A DNA stretch of 64,000 bases from Bacteroidota bacterium (lineage in GTDB: Bacteria; Bacteroidota; Bacteroidia; Chitinophagales; Chitinophagaceae), in contig JABDCE010000002.1 of assembly GCA_013288285.1 (NCBI GenBank), positions 2,027 through 66,026 on the forward strand. The letters are read 5' to 3'. Shown here in pieces: positions 20,176 to 29,008 of this stretch. Position 1 is the first letter of the stretch. The number at the start of each line of letters is the position of its first letter. The position numbers and the translations under genes were made by a program. The notes below the pieces were generated by a model. It searched no databases and was not told where the DNA came from. It saw only the letters and a list, made by a program, of their open reading frames with translations.

Positions 20176-21570
20176 ATGAAGCAGCGCATTGTGAACATAC
20201 TTACAGCATTTGTGATCTTGCTGGCGACAGGAAGCAGCTACGGACAATATATTACCACCGTAGCCGGAACGGTGACCACAGTGGGATATGACCCTACCCC
20301 ACAGGCAGCGACTGCAACAACACTCAACAATCCATCTGACCTGGCCACTGATGCTGCGGGTAACTTATATGTAGCAGACTTCGTGAATAATGCGATCCGG
20401 AAAATTGACACCTTCGGGATGATAACTACTGTGGCAGGCACCGGATTTGGATATGGAAGTACGGCTGGGGGCGCCTATACCGGCGACAACGGCCCGGCAA
20501 CTGCCGCAGACCTTAACGGGCCATATGGCCTGGCATTGGACGCCGCAGGTAATATATACTTTGCTGACGGCTACAACCATGTGGTGCGCAAAGTGAGTAC
20601 CGCAGGCATCATCACCACCGTAGCAGGCATGGCCTCAGCAGCAGGGTATAGCGGAGACAATGGCGCAGCTACAGCTGCCAAACTGAACAACCCGGTAGGC
20701 ATAGCTATAGACAAAGCAGGCAATGTGTACATAGCAGATGACCACAATAACGCAATACGTAAGCTAAGCACTACTGGTATAATTACCACAGTGGCAGGTG
20801 GAAACTCCACAGGCGGGTATGGGGGTGATGGGAGCGCTGCAACGCTGGCTCAACTGAACCAACCTATAGGTGTTGCGATAGACACCGCAGGCAATCTGTA
20901 CATAGCTGACGAACTTAACCAGTCGATACGCAAAGTGAATACCGCTGGCGTTATCAGCACTTTCGCGGGTATAGGAACGACCGGCGGCTATACGGGAGAT
21001 GGTGGCCAGGCCACATTAGCCAAGCTGGATTCACCACAGCGTGTTACTTTCGACAATCTGAACAACTGTTACATCTCTGACGGCAACAACAATGTGATAC
21101 GTATGGTGAATACGGTGACAGGCATCATCAGTACTGTAGCGGGAAATGGCTCTGGTGGGTATGCAGGCGATGATGGGCCGGCAACAGCAGCAGAAATGCA
21201 AATACCACAGGGAGTGGCCTTCGACCTGCACCACAGAATGTATATTGCAGATCGTGGCAATCAACTGATAAGGATGGTAGGGCCGCAGGCTGCTGTAGAT
21301 TATAGCGCGGTAAAACTGATGGCTGGCACCGATGCTACATGCATGATTTATCCGAACCCATCGCATGGCTCCATTACAGTAAACATCTTATCTAAAGCAG
21401 TCCAAACAGCACAACTCAGGATCGTTAATGTAATGGGGCAAACGATTAAAAAATGGCAGGCAACAACGAATAATTCGCAAGCTGTGAAACTGGATGTGCC
21501 TGCGGGTGTTTACTTCCTTCATGCGGAGACGGGAACCAACCAGTGGAATAAGCAAATAACAATAGAATAA
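20176..21570 (+). CDS. NHL-repeat beta-propeller protein with T9SS type A C-terminal domain
   Basis: Signal ..SYGQ; six GDxGxATxAxLNxPxGxAxDxAGNxYIAD-type repeats; IYPNPS..GVYFL..KQITIE. Confidence 0.92.
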   Translation: MKQRIVNILTAFVILLATGSSYGQYITTVAGTVTTVGYDPTPQAATATTLNNPSDLATDAAGNLYVADFVNNAIRKIDTFGMITTVAGTGFGYGSTAGGAYTGDNGPATAADLNGPYGLALDAAGNIYFADGYNHVVRKVSTAGIITTVAGMASAAGYSGDNGAATAAKLNNPVGIAIDKAGNVYIADDHNNAIRKLSTTGIITTVAGGNSTGGYGGDGSAATLAQLNQPIGVAIDTAGNLYIADELNQSIRKVNTAGVISTFAGIGTTGGYTGDGGQATLAKLDSPQRVTFDNLNNCYISDGNNNVIRMVNTVTGIISTVAGNGSGGYAGDDGPATAAEMQIPQGVAFDLHHRMYIADRGNQLIRMVGPQAAVDYSAVKLMAGTDATCMIYPNPSHGSITVNILSKAVQTAQLRIVNVMGQTIKKWQATTNNSQAVKLDVPAGVYFLHAETGTNQWNKQITIE

Positions 21571-21631
21571 CGAAAACACAGACGCCAAGGAAACCAAAAA
21601 GGTGGCGACTCAACAATCTGTCCTGAAACAT

Positions 21632-21664
21632 AAAGAACCTGTTCCGGAATACCGAAACAGGTTC
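21632..21664 (-). terminator. Intrinsic terminator between convergent genes
   Basis: gaacctgttccgg-aata-ccgaaacaggttc hairpin. Confidence 0.65.
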
Positions 21665-21686
21665 AATTATTTATAGCCAACTCTAA

Positions 21687-21893
21687 TTAGAAGCCTTTCG
21701 TTGCAACGCCATCCTTGATAGCCTGCAGTGCCTTAGCTTCATTCATTATTGCAGCCATTTTGTTTCCCTTACCATCATGACCGGTAGCCATGTAGCCGCC
21801 CTTAGCAGTCTTGGAAATAACCGCTTCCTGCATCGGAACATTTTTTTCTTTGGTCTTCAGGCAATACGCCTTGATCATTTTAGTAGTGTCCAT
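21687..21893 (-). CDS. Small basic protein, DUF5679-like
   Basis: KAYCLKTKEK..M..T.KG..G..KM pattern; flanked by a terminator and an AT-rich leader. Confidence 0.65.
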   Translation of the reverse strand: MDTTKMIKAYCLKTKEKNVPMQEAVISKTAKGGYMATGHDGKGNKMAAIMNEAKALQAIKDGVATKGF

Positions 21894-22065
21894 GTTCTAA
21901 TTTTTTAATAGTTAGTTAATGAGTGTACGTTGATTTAAGCACAATCTACCATTTTTTTCCAAAAAAAGCAGCTATATATCAGCCTGATGAATTTATTTTT
22001 ATTCACATTGCTGTATAGAACCATTTGCTTATGCAATTCTGTTGTTTTAATGGGTGCACACTATA

Positions 22066-23505
22066 TTACATCATTCCCTTTACGAGATTTCCCAGTTTTT
22101 TCAGCGCCTTGTCTATATCCGGGCTCCAGGGCATACCATAACTCAGCCGCATACAATTCTGATAACGGTCCTGTAAAGTGAACATAGTGCCGGGAGCAAT
22201 ACTGATCTTATGCTGCATAGCCTCCTGGTAAAGCTGGTAGGTATCTATCCGTTTATCCAGCTCAGCCCAAAGGATAAATCCTCCTTTAGGATTGGTCAGT
22301 TTTACACCATCCGGGAAATACTCACCGATAGCCCGTGTAAACTGAAGGCTATTAGAATGAAGCGTCTGTCGCAGTTTCCGGAGGTGGTATTCGTAGCGAC
22401 CAGTGGCTAGAAAAGAGGCTATTGCCGCCTGCTGCGCCGATGCATTGGTAATGCTGTGGTATAATTTGAGCCTTTTGATCTTCTCCTTGTATTTACCGGG
22501 GGCCACCCACCCTACCCTATAGCCGGGCGCCAGGGTCTTGGATATGGAACTGCACCAAAGCACATTACCCTCGGCATCGAACGACTTACACGACCTGGGC
22601 CTGGTCTTTCCAAAATAGACATCGCCATACAGATCATCTTCAATCAGCGGCACTCCGTTTTTTGCCAGTATTTTTACCAGTGTTTCCTTCTGCTCGTCGG
22701 GCATGCAATAACCGGTAGGGTTACTGAAATTAGTAACAAAGAAGCAGGCTTTTATATCATGCTTCTGCAATGCTTTCTTTACATCGTCCGGGTCTACCCC
22801 TGTGTCGGGGTCGGTAGGGAGTTCCAATACCTTTAGCCCGATACTTTGGGCAAAACGTAATACACCAAAATAAACAGGGCTTTCCACCGCTATGGTGTCG
22901 CCCGGCTTTGTCACTGCCATCAGGCAATAAGATATGGCATTCATACAGCCGGCTGTGGAAACAATATCATCGGCCTGCAAGTGGCCGCCCCAGTGCATAG
23001 ACCAGCGTGCTACCTGCCGCCTTAGCAACTCATTACCCTGTATGGGCTCATAAGATGTTCCATTGCCAGGCAGATCGCGCAGGGCCTGCATCATGGCCTT
23101 GTTGAGCCGCGCCAGGGGCAGTATTTCAGGCGCGGGCACACTCAACGAAAAACGGGTAACACCCTGCATAGAGAAATCATCGTACACCTCGCCGATAATA
23201 GCTTCGACATTTTTTGTCTTGACGATCTGCTGCGGATTACTTTTTTCGATTTTCTTAGGAAAACGGGATGGATTAAACCGGACATAGTAACCCGATTGCG
23301 GGCGTGACTCTATCAATCCCTTCCCTTCAAGGTGATAGTATGCCTGCAGAATAGTGCTAACACTCAGGTCCTGCTCCTTGCCTAAAAGCCTTACTGACGG
23401 CAGCTTATCGCCTATCTTCAGTACCTCGTCCATGATCTGCTGCTCTATAGATTCTGCTACCCGCAGGTACAGATGATCGCTTTTACGTTTGCGCGCTGTT
23501 TTCAT
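22066..23505 (-). CDS. MocR/GabR-family GntR regulator with PLP-dependent aminotransferase-like domain
   Basis: GDKLPSVR..STILQAY..LE..GLIESRPQSGYYV; IEDDLYGD; SKTLAPGYRVGW. Confidence 0.95.
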   Translation of the reverse strand: MKTARKRKSDHLYLRVAESIEQQIMDEVLKIGDKLPSVRLLGKEQDLSVSTILQAYYHLEGKGLIESRPQSGYYVRFNPSRFPKKIEKSNPQQIVKTKNVEAIIGEVYDDFSMQGVTRFSLSVPAPEILPLARLNKAMMQALRDLPGNGTSYEPIQGNELLRRQVARWSMHWGGHLQADDIVSTAGCMNAISYCLMAVTKPGDTIAVESPVYFGVLRFAQSIGLKVLELPTDPDTGVDPDDVKKALQKHDIKACFFVTNFSNPTGYCMPDEQKETLVKILAKNGVPLIEDDLYGDVYFGKTRPRSCKSFDAEGNVLWCSSISKTLAPGYRVGWVAPGKYKEKIKRLKLYHSITNASAQQAAIASFLATGRYEYHLRKLRQTLHSNSLQFTRAIGEYFPDGVKLTNPKGGFILWAELDKRIDTYQLYQEAMQHKISIAPGTMFTLQDRYQNCMRLSYGMPWSPDIDKALKKLGNLVKGMM

Positions 23506-23511
23506 AATTTC

Positions 23512-23550
23512 AAACTGTTATGGTCAAAATTATGGAAATTGTATCTGTTT
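23512..23550. promoter_or_regulatory. Putative MocR operator in the divergent intergenic region
   Basis: Repeated TGT(T/A) half-sites: aactgttatgg..ttatgg..ttgtatctgttt; assignment inferred from position. Confidence 0.4.
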
Positions 23551-23614
23551 TGTTTTAAAAAATTTACTGAATTTTGTGCCGTAGTTATGAACTATCATTC
23601 CTGAAAGCCGAAAA

Positions 23615-24568
23615 ATGACCAGGACCACCAAAGCATATATCGCGTTAGTTTTCATTTGCATAGTATGGGGCACTACCTATATGGCGATCAGGGTGGGTGT
23701 GACGCATTACCCCGCGTTTTTGTTTGCCGGGGTACGGCAAACGATAGCCGGCATTATTTTGATGATGGTGGCGCTGATGGCCAGCAAAGAAAAAGATCTG
23801 TCGCGGCGCAATATCATGCGGCAGATGCTGGTGGGTTTCCTGATGCTTACCTTCGGAAATGGATTTGTATCGTACGGGGAGAAAATCATTCCCAGCGGCA
23901 TAGCTGCCCTGCTGTGCTCTATGATGCCCCTGTTTGCCGTTGCGATCAACCTGCTATCTTCTAAAAGAGATCATTTTAATGCTACCATCGGCCTTGGCCT
24001 GGTATTAGGCGTATGCGGGGTTGGGCTGATATTCAAACATGACGTTGCGAAAATGACCAGTCCCGCTTACCTGGGCGGAATATGCGCCATACTGTTTGCA
24101 ACGGCATCGTGGGCAGTGGGGAGCATTGTGAATAAAAAACATAAAGACCCTGTGAATCCTTTTTTCAATTCAGGATTGCAACTGTTCTTCGGCGGACTGT
24201 TCATGCTGCTCATGAGTCCCGGCATAGATGACTATAAGGGGTTTGAGTTATGGAATACCGACGGACTGCTGGCGATGTGCTACCTGATCGTCTTCGGCTC
24301 TGTACTGGCATATGCCGCCTATATGTATTCGCTGAGCGTACTGCCGATAGGCATTGCTACGATCTATGCTTATATCAATCCACTTATTGCTGTAATAGTG
24401 GGCTATATATTCATGAAGGAACAGATGAACCTGTTCACCGGGCTGGCATTTGCCACTATAGCAGTAAGTGTATATTTAGTAAACGTGGGCTACAGAAAAC
24501 AACATAAAGCAATTGCATTGTCACAAACAGAGGCGGCTTTCCCCGAAAGCGCCGCTATTGAATCATAG
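23615..24568 (+). CDS. EamA/DMT-family exporter
   Basis: IVWGTTY, about 10 TM helices, YLIVFGS, YAYINP. Confidence 0.92.
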   Translation: MTRTTKAYIALVFICIVWGTTYMAIRVGVTHYPAFLFAGVRQTIAGIILMMVALMASKEKDLSRRNIMRQMLVGFLMLTFGNGFVSYGEKIIPSGIAALLCSMMPLFAVAINLLSSKRDHFNATIGLGLVLGVCGVGLIFKHDVAKMTSPAYLGGICAILFATASWAVGSIVNKKHKDPVNPFFNSGLQLFFGGLFMLLMSPGIDDYKGFELWNTDGLLAMCYLIVFGSVLAYAAYMYSLSVLPIGIATIYAYINPLIAVIVGYIFMKEQMNLFTGLAFATIAVSVYLVNVGYRKQHKAIALSQTEAAFPESAAIES

Positions 24569-24589
24569 TTAACCTAAAAAAACAATTGT

Positions 24590-25642
24590 ATGGAACACAC
24601 CATTTCAATTACCGAGCAAGCCGAAAGAAAAGTGACGGACACCAAGTCGATACCTTTTGGTAAGGTGCCCACAGAGCATATGTTCGTAGCCGAATACAAG
24701 GATGGCGAATGGCACAACGCACAGGTAGTACCACTTCATGACCTTACACTAAGTCCACTGGCATTATGCCTCCATTATGGTCAGACCGTATTTGAAGGCA
24801 TGAAAGCATTTGTGACAGAAGAAGGAAAGATCAACATTTTCCGGATAGACAAGCATCACGACCGGTTTTCCAAGTCGCTGCACCGGATGTGCATGCCTGC
24901 TGTTCCTAAGAAGCTGTTCATAGACGCTATTCACAATCTTGTGAAACTGGATGCGGACTGGGTGCCGCGCGAGGCGGATGGGTCGCTGTATATCCGGCCG
25001 TTCATGATCGCCACTGAGGACAGGATAGGTGTTAAGGTCTCTGATGAATTTCTGTTCATGGTAGTATGCTCGCCTGCATTCCAGTACTATACCAAGCCTT
25101 TAAAAGTAAAAGTAGAAACCACCTACGTACGCGCTGCACAGGGCGGTACCGGTGCAGCAAAATGCGGTGGCAACTACGGTGGCGCATTTCTGCCTACCCA
25201 ACTGGCACGTGAAGCCGGCTATGACCAGGTGCTGTGGACAGACAGTATACACCATGAGTTCATAGAAGAATCGGGGACGATGAATGCTATGTTTTACTTC
25301 GACAATGTGCTGGTAACCCCGCAACTGTCAGGCACCATTCTTGACGGAGTTACGAGGGATACCCTGCTGGCGCTCGCAAGGGAAAAAGGAATAGTGGTAG
25401 AAGAAAGACACATCAGTTACCATGAACTTGTGCGTGCATTTAACGAAGGTAAACGTGTGGAAGCATTTGGCGCAGGCACAGCAGCGGTGGTGGCACCTAT
25501 AGAAACTATAGCAATAGGGCATAAAGAATATACCTGCTACACAGGAGCCGATGCAGTTATGTTCCGGCTACAGAAAGAGTTATACGACATACGCCGCGGC
25601 ATCGTACCTGATACCCATAAATGGAACTACATCATAAATTAA
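24590..25642 (+). CDS. ilvE: Branched-chain amino acid aminotransferase
   Basis: LHYGQTVFEGMKA, LYIRPF, AKCGGNYG, EESGTMN, ILDGVTR, GAGTAAV. Confidence 0.95.
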   Translation: MEHTISITEQAERKVTDTKSIPFGKVPTEHMFVAEYKDGEWHNAQVVPLHDLTLSPLALCLHYGQTVFEGMKAFVTEEGKINIFRIDKHHDRFSKSLHRMCMPAVPKKLFIDAIHNLVKLDADWVPREADGSLYIRPFMIATEDRIGVKVSDEFLFMVVCSPAFQYYTKPLKVKVETTYVRAAQGGTGAAKCGGNYGGAFLPTQLAREAGYDQVLWTDSIHHEFIEESGTMNAMFYFDNVLVTPQLSGTILDGVTRDTLLALAREKGIVVEERHISYHELVRAFNEGKRVEAFGAGTAAVVAPIETIAIGHKEYTCYTGADAVMFRLQKELYDIRRGIVPDTHKWNYIIN

Positions 25643-25721
25643 GTGAAAAGTGAGAAGTGAAAACCTAAAAGTTGGGTAAGCCATAAATTAAGTGAAAAGT
25701 GAGAAGTGAAAACCTAAAAGT
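25633..25721 (+). repeat. Perfect 40-bp direct repeat (two copies, 9-bp spacer) built from heptamers
   Basis: cataaattaagtgaaaagtgagaagtgaaaacctaaaagt at 25633-25672 and 25682-25721. Confidence 0.95.
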
Positions 25722-25731
25722 GTAAATCACT

Positions 25732-26193
25732 ATGACGCCATTAGTTATTAATTATAAAGAATATACTATCACCACTGATAAGACGCTTATGAAACCGCAG
25801 GATATTCATAAGTGGTTGTCGGAAGAATCGTATTGGGCTGCAGGCATTCCGTTTGAGACATTCAAGACGTCGTTTGAGCATTCGTTTTGCATAGGAACTT
25901 TGTATAACGATCAGCAGATTGGCTTTGCACGGCTGGTGACAGACTATGCGGTATTCGGCTACCTGGCAGATGTGTATGTGGAAGAAACGCACAGAGGCAA
26001 GGGTCTCAGTAAAAAGATGATTGAAATAATAATGAACCTGGACTGGGTAAAAGGATTGCGCGGCATAAAGCTGGGCACGCGAGACGCACATGGACTATAT
26101 GAACAGTTTGGGTTTACTGTGTGTACCCACCCCGAGCGTATAATGGAAGTAAACAGGCCGGATATTTATAAAAACAAAAATCAAGCAACATGA
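25732..26193 (+). CDS. GNAT N-acetyltransferase
   Basis: SYWAAGIP, QIGFARLVTD, YLADVYV..HRGKGLSK, DAHGLYEQFGF. Confidence 0.93.
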   Translation: MTPLVINYKEYTITTDKTLMKPQDIHKWLSEESYWAAGIPFETFKTSFEHSFCIGTLYNDQQIGFARLVTDYAVFGYLADVYVEETHRGKGLSKKMIEIIMNLDWVKGLRGIKLGTRDAHGLYEQFGFTVCTHPERIMEVNRPDIYKNKNQAT

Positions 26194-26756
26194 GTATTTC
26201 TTATTTAGAGAGCGCAAAACGCCAGTTCAATATGTACAAGCAACTGGCAGAGAAAGCCATGGCGCAGATAGATGACAGTGAACTCAACTGGCAGGCTAAT
26301 GAAGATAGTAACAGCATTGTAATGATCGTAAAGCACATGTGGGGCAATATGCTGAGCCGCTGGACCGACTTCCTGACAACAGACGGAGAAAAAGAATGGC
26401 GCAAGCGTGATGCAGAATTTGAAAATGAGGAACTGGGTCGCGCAGGCATGATGAAAAAGTGGGATGAGGGCTGGCAATGCCTGTTCAATGCCCTCGACAG
26501 CATCACAGATGCCGACCTTGAAAAGATCATTTATATCAGGAACGATGGGCACACCATATTAGAGGCCATCAACCGGCAGATAGCACATTATTCATACCAT
26601 GTGGGCCAGATAGTGTACATATCTAAGCTGCGCGATAAGAACGAATGGAACAGCTTGTCTATTCCCCGCAATAAATCGAACGATTATAATGCTGTGAAGT
26701 TTGCACAGGATAAGCAGAAGAGAAACTTTATGGATGATCTAAACGACAAGAAATAA
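26190..26756 (+). CDS. DUF1572/DinB-superfamily protein
   Basis: SNSIVMIVKHMWGNMLSRWTDFLTTDGEK, RQIAHYSYHVGQIV; ATGA overlap with the GNAT gene. Confidence 0.88.
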   Translation: MSISYLESAKRQFNMYKQLAEKAMAQIDDSELNWQANEDSNSIVMIVKHMWGNMLSRWTDFLTTDGEKEWRKRDAEFENEELGRAGMMKKWDEGWQCLFNALDSITDADLEKIIYIRNDGHTILEAINRQIAHYSYHVGQIVYISKLRDKNEWNSLSIPRNKSNDYNAVKFAQDKQKRNFMDDLNDKK

Positions 26757-26767
26757 GAGCGGCACCC

Positions 26768-27421
26768 CTACCATTTCCTGATCATCCCCAAATCAAAATC
26801 TTCCAGGCTGCGCAGTTTAGCGTCGGCGAGGGCGAAGCGGGGATCATCGAAGTGAAACTCATCCGGCACTACGATCACTTTCATACGTGCGGCTTTTCCC
26901 GCAATCATTCCGTTTACCGAGTCTTCCAGTACCAGGCATTCAGTGGGTTTAGCACCCAGTTCCATCGCACAGTGGAGAAATACTGCCGGGTGGGGCTTAC
27001 CTAACTCTACAGCATCGGCAGAAGTAATACGATCAAAATACTTTGTGAGCCCAAAATGATCTACCAACGCATCTATCATGTGCTTTGGGGAGGACGATGC
27101 GAGGCCTATTTTATACTTATGCTTTCTGAGCAATACCAATAAGTCTTCAACACCTCTGAGCACGGAGGCACTTTGCCGGGAGGAAGCTATTATGTCGTCC
27201 AGTATTTCATCCGCTACTTCTTTAGAACTTTTGCCCTCCCAGGGATAATGGACAGCCCAATGATCGGTGACCTCGTATATCCGCAGGCCTGTAGTTTCTT
27301 TAAACCGTTCCGGGGTAATAGGTATCTTGTGTTTATGAGCCACACGCAGCATACTTACCCCCCAAAGCGGCTCAGTATCGAGCAGCAATCCATCCATATC
27401 AAAAAGTACCGTATTGATCAT
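26768..27421 (-). CDS. hxpB: HAD-family hexitol/2-deoxyglucose-6-phosphate phosphatase
   Basis: FDMDGLLLDTEPLW, LASSS, GKPHPAVFL, LEDSVNG; ATG 27421 lies 6 nt after TACTTTTG. Confidence 0.85.
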   Translation of the reverse strand: MINTVLFDMDGLLLDTEPLWGVSMLRVAHKHKIPITPERFKETTGLRIYEVTDHWAVHYPWEGKSSKEVADEILDDIIASSRQSASVLRGVEDLLVLLRKHKYKIGLASSSPKHMIDALVDHFGLTKYFDRITSADAVELGKPHPAVFLHCAMELGAKPTECLVLEDSVNGMIAGKAARMKVIVVPDEFHFDDPRFALADAKLRSLEDFDLGMIRKW

Positions 27422-27590
27422 CGCAGGCAAAAGTAAACCGTGAAAAGGTAAAAGTGAGCACCTTCTTTGTCTTTAAGATACAGACGTGCTTTCCCGGCTA
27501 TTGTCGTTAGTGAGTTTTTGGGTGAATTTTTCAGAAAAAACATACAAATCAGCCCTCAAATCTTACTTTTGCGCCAAATTACATTTACTT

Positions 27591-28967
27591 ATGAAGCGAA
27601 ATGCTTTTTACAGCTTGCTGCTGGGCGCGTCATTACTGACTGTTAGCGCCAAACAAGCTTCAGCAACGATCAAGTTTACGGAGTACACCATGCCAAACGG
27701 ATTGCATGTTATTCTGCAGGAAGACCACTCTACTCCCATAGTAGCTGTTTCTGTGATGTACCATGTAGGGTCAAAAAATGAAGACCCGGAACGTACAGGT
27801 TTTGCCCACTTCTTTGAACACCTGTTGTTTGAAGGCAGTGACAACATCAAGCGCGGTGAGTACATGAAGTTCATACAGTCTGCGGGTGGGCAGCTCAATG
27901 CCAATACCACACAGGACCGTACGTTTTATTATGAAGTGCTGCCTTCAAACCAACTGGAACTGGCGCTGTGGATGGAGTCTGAGCGTATGGCACACGCCAA
28001 AATAGATACTATAGGTGTGGAGACACAGCGTAAGGTAGTAAAGGAAGAAAAGAAACAACGTTATGACAACACCCCTTACGGGCAGCTCATCAATGTGATA
28101 TTCACCAATGCATATACTGTATATCCGTATCGCTGGAGCCCTATAGGCAAGGAACAATATATAGACCAGGCTACATTGTCTGAGTTCATGAATTTTTATA
28201 AGACATTCTATGTACCGAATAATGCGGTACTGGTGATCTCAGGTGACATTACCGTGGACCAGACGAAAACGCTTATCAACAAGTATTATGGGGAAATACC
28301 CAAAGGAACTGCTGCCATACCACGCCCAACAGTGGTAGAACCAGTGCAGAAAGCAGAGAAACGCGTGAATTTTTATGACAACATACAATTGCCTGCAGTT
28401 ATACTTGGCTACCACATACCTAAACAGGGCACAGATGACTACTATGCTGTGCAGTTGCTGACACAATTGTTATCGCAGGGTAAGAGTTCCCGGTTTGAAA
28501 AAGAGATAGTAGACAAACAGCAAAAAGCAGTACAGGCTGCGGCATTCGACCTGGGCAATGAAGAGCCGGGATTAGCCATTATGCTGGGTATAGCCAGTAT
28601 GGGCACGAAGCCTGCCGAACTGGAAAAATCGATGCTGACTGAAATAGATAAAGTAAAGAAAGATGGCATTACCGCAGAAGAATATAATAAGCTGGAGAAC
28701 CAGGCTGAAAATGACTTCGTTCAGCAAAATCAGAAAGATATTGGCGTAGCTACAAACCTGGCTACTTACTATACTTTCCAGGGCAATGCAGACCTCATCA
28801 ATACCGAGCTGGACCGCTACAGAAAAGTGACAAAGGATGATATAAAACGTGTTGCCAATAAATATTTCACCAAAGAGAACCGCCTGGTAGTTTACTACCT
28901 GCCAAAATCAGAGGAAGGCAAGAAGAATGAGGCGCCAAAGGCAAAACCAGCGGCTAAAAAGAAATAA
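27591..28967 (+). CDS. M16B zinc peptidase, catalytic subunit
   Basis: TGFAHFFEHLLFEGS (HxxEH), NANTTQDRT; TACTTTTG at 27564 supports ATG 27591. Confidence 0.93.
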   Translation: MKRNAFYSLLLGASLLTVSAKQASATIKFTEYTMPNGLHVILQEDHSTPIVAVSVMYHVGSKNEDPERTGFAHFFEHLLFEGSDNIKRGEYMKFIQSAGGQLNANTTQDRTFYYEVLPSNQLELALWMESERMAHAKIDTIGVETQRKVVKEEKKQRYDNTPYGQLINVIFTNAYTVYPYRWSPIGKEQYIDQATLSEFMNFYKTFYVPNNAVLVISGDITVDQTKTLINKYYGEIPKGTAAIPRPTVVEPVQKAEKRVNFYDNIQLPAVILGYHIPKQGTDDYYAVQLLTQLLSQGKSSRFEKEIVDKQQKAVQAAAFDLGNEEPGLAIMLGIASMGTKPAELEKSMLTEIDKVKKDGITAEEYNKLENQAENDFVQQNQKDIGVATNLATYYTFQGNADLINTELDRYRKVTKDDIKRVANKYFTKENRLVVYYLPKSEEGKKNEAPKAKPAAKKK

Positions 28968-29008
28968 TCAAACATACTCAACAGCCATACGGCTTAAAAA
29001 TATTCAAA

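Noticed and set aside
25633-25721. Mini CRISPR array
   Set aside because: Only two copies, a 9-bp spacer, overlap with a stop codon, and no cas genes.
27486-27590. N-terminal extensions in the ORF track (M16 here; also dnaE, transketolase, desaturase and the 45457 ORF)
   Set aside because: Promoter elements, terminators or signal-peptide positions favour the downstream ATGs.
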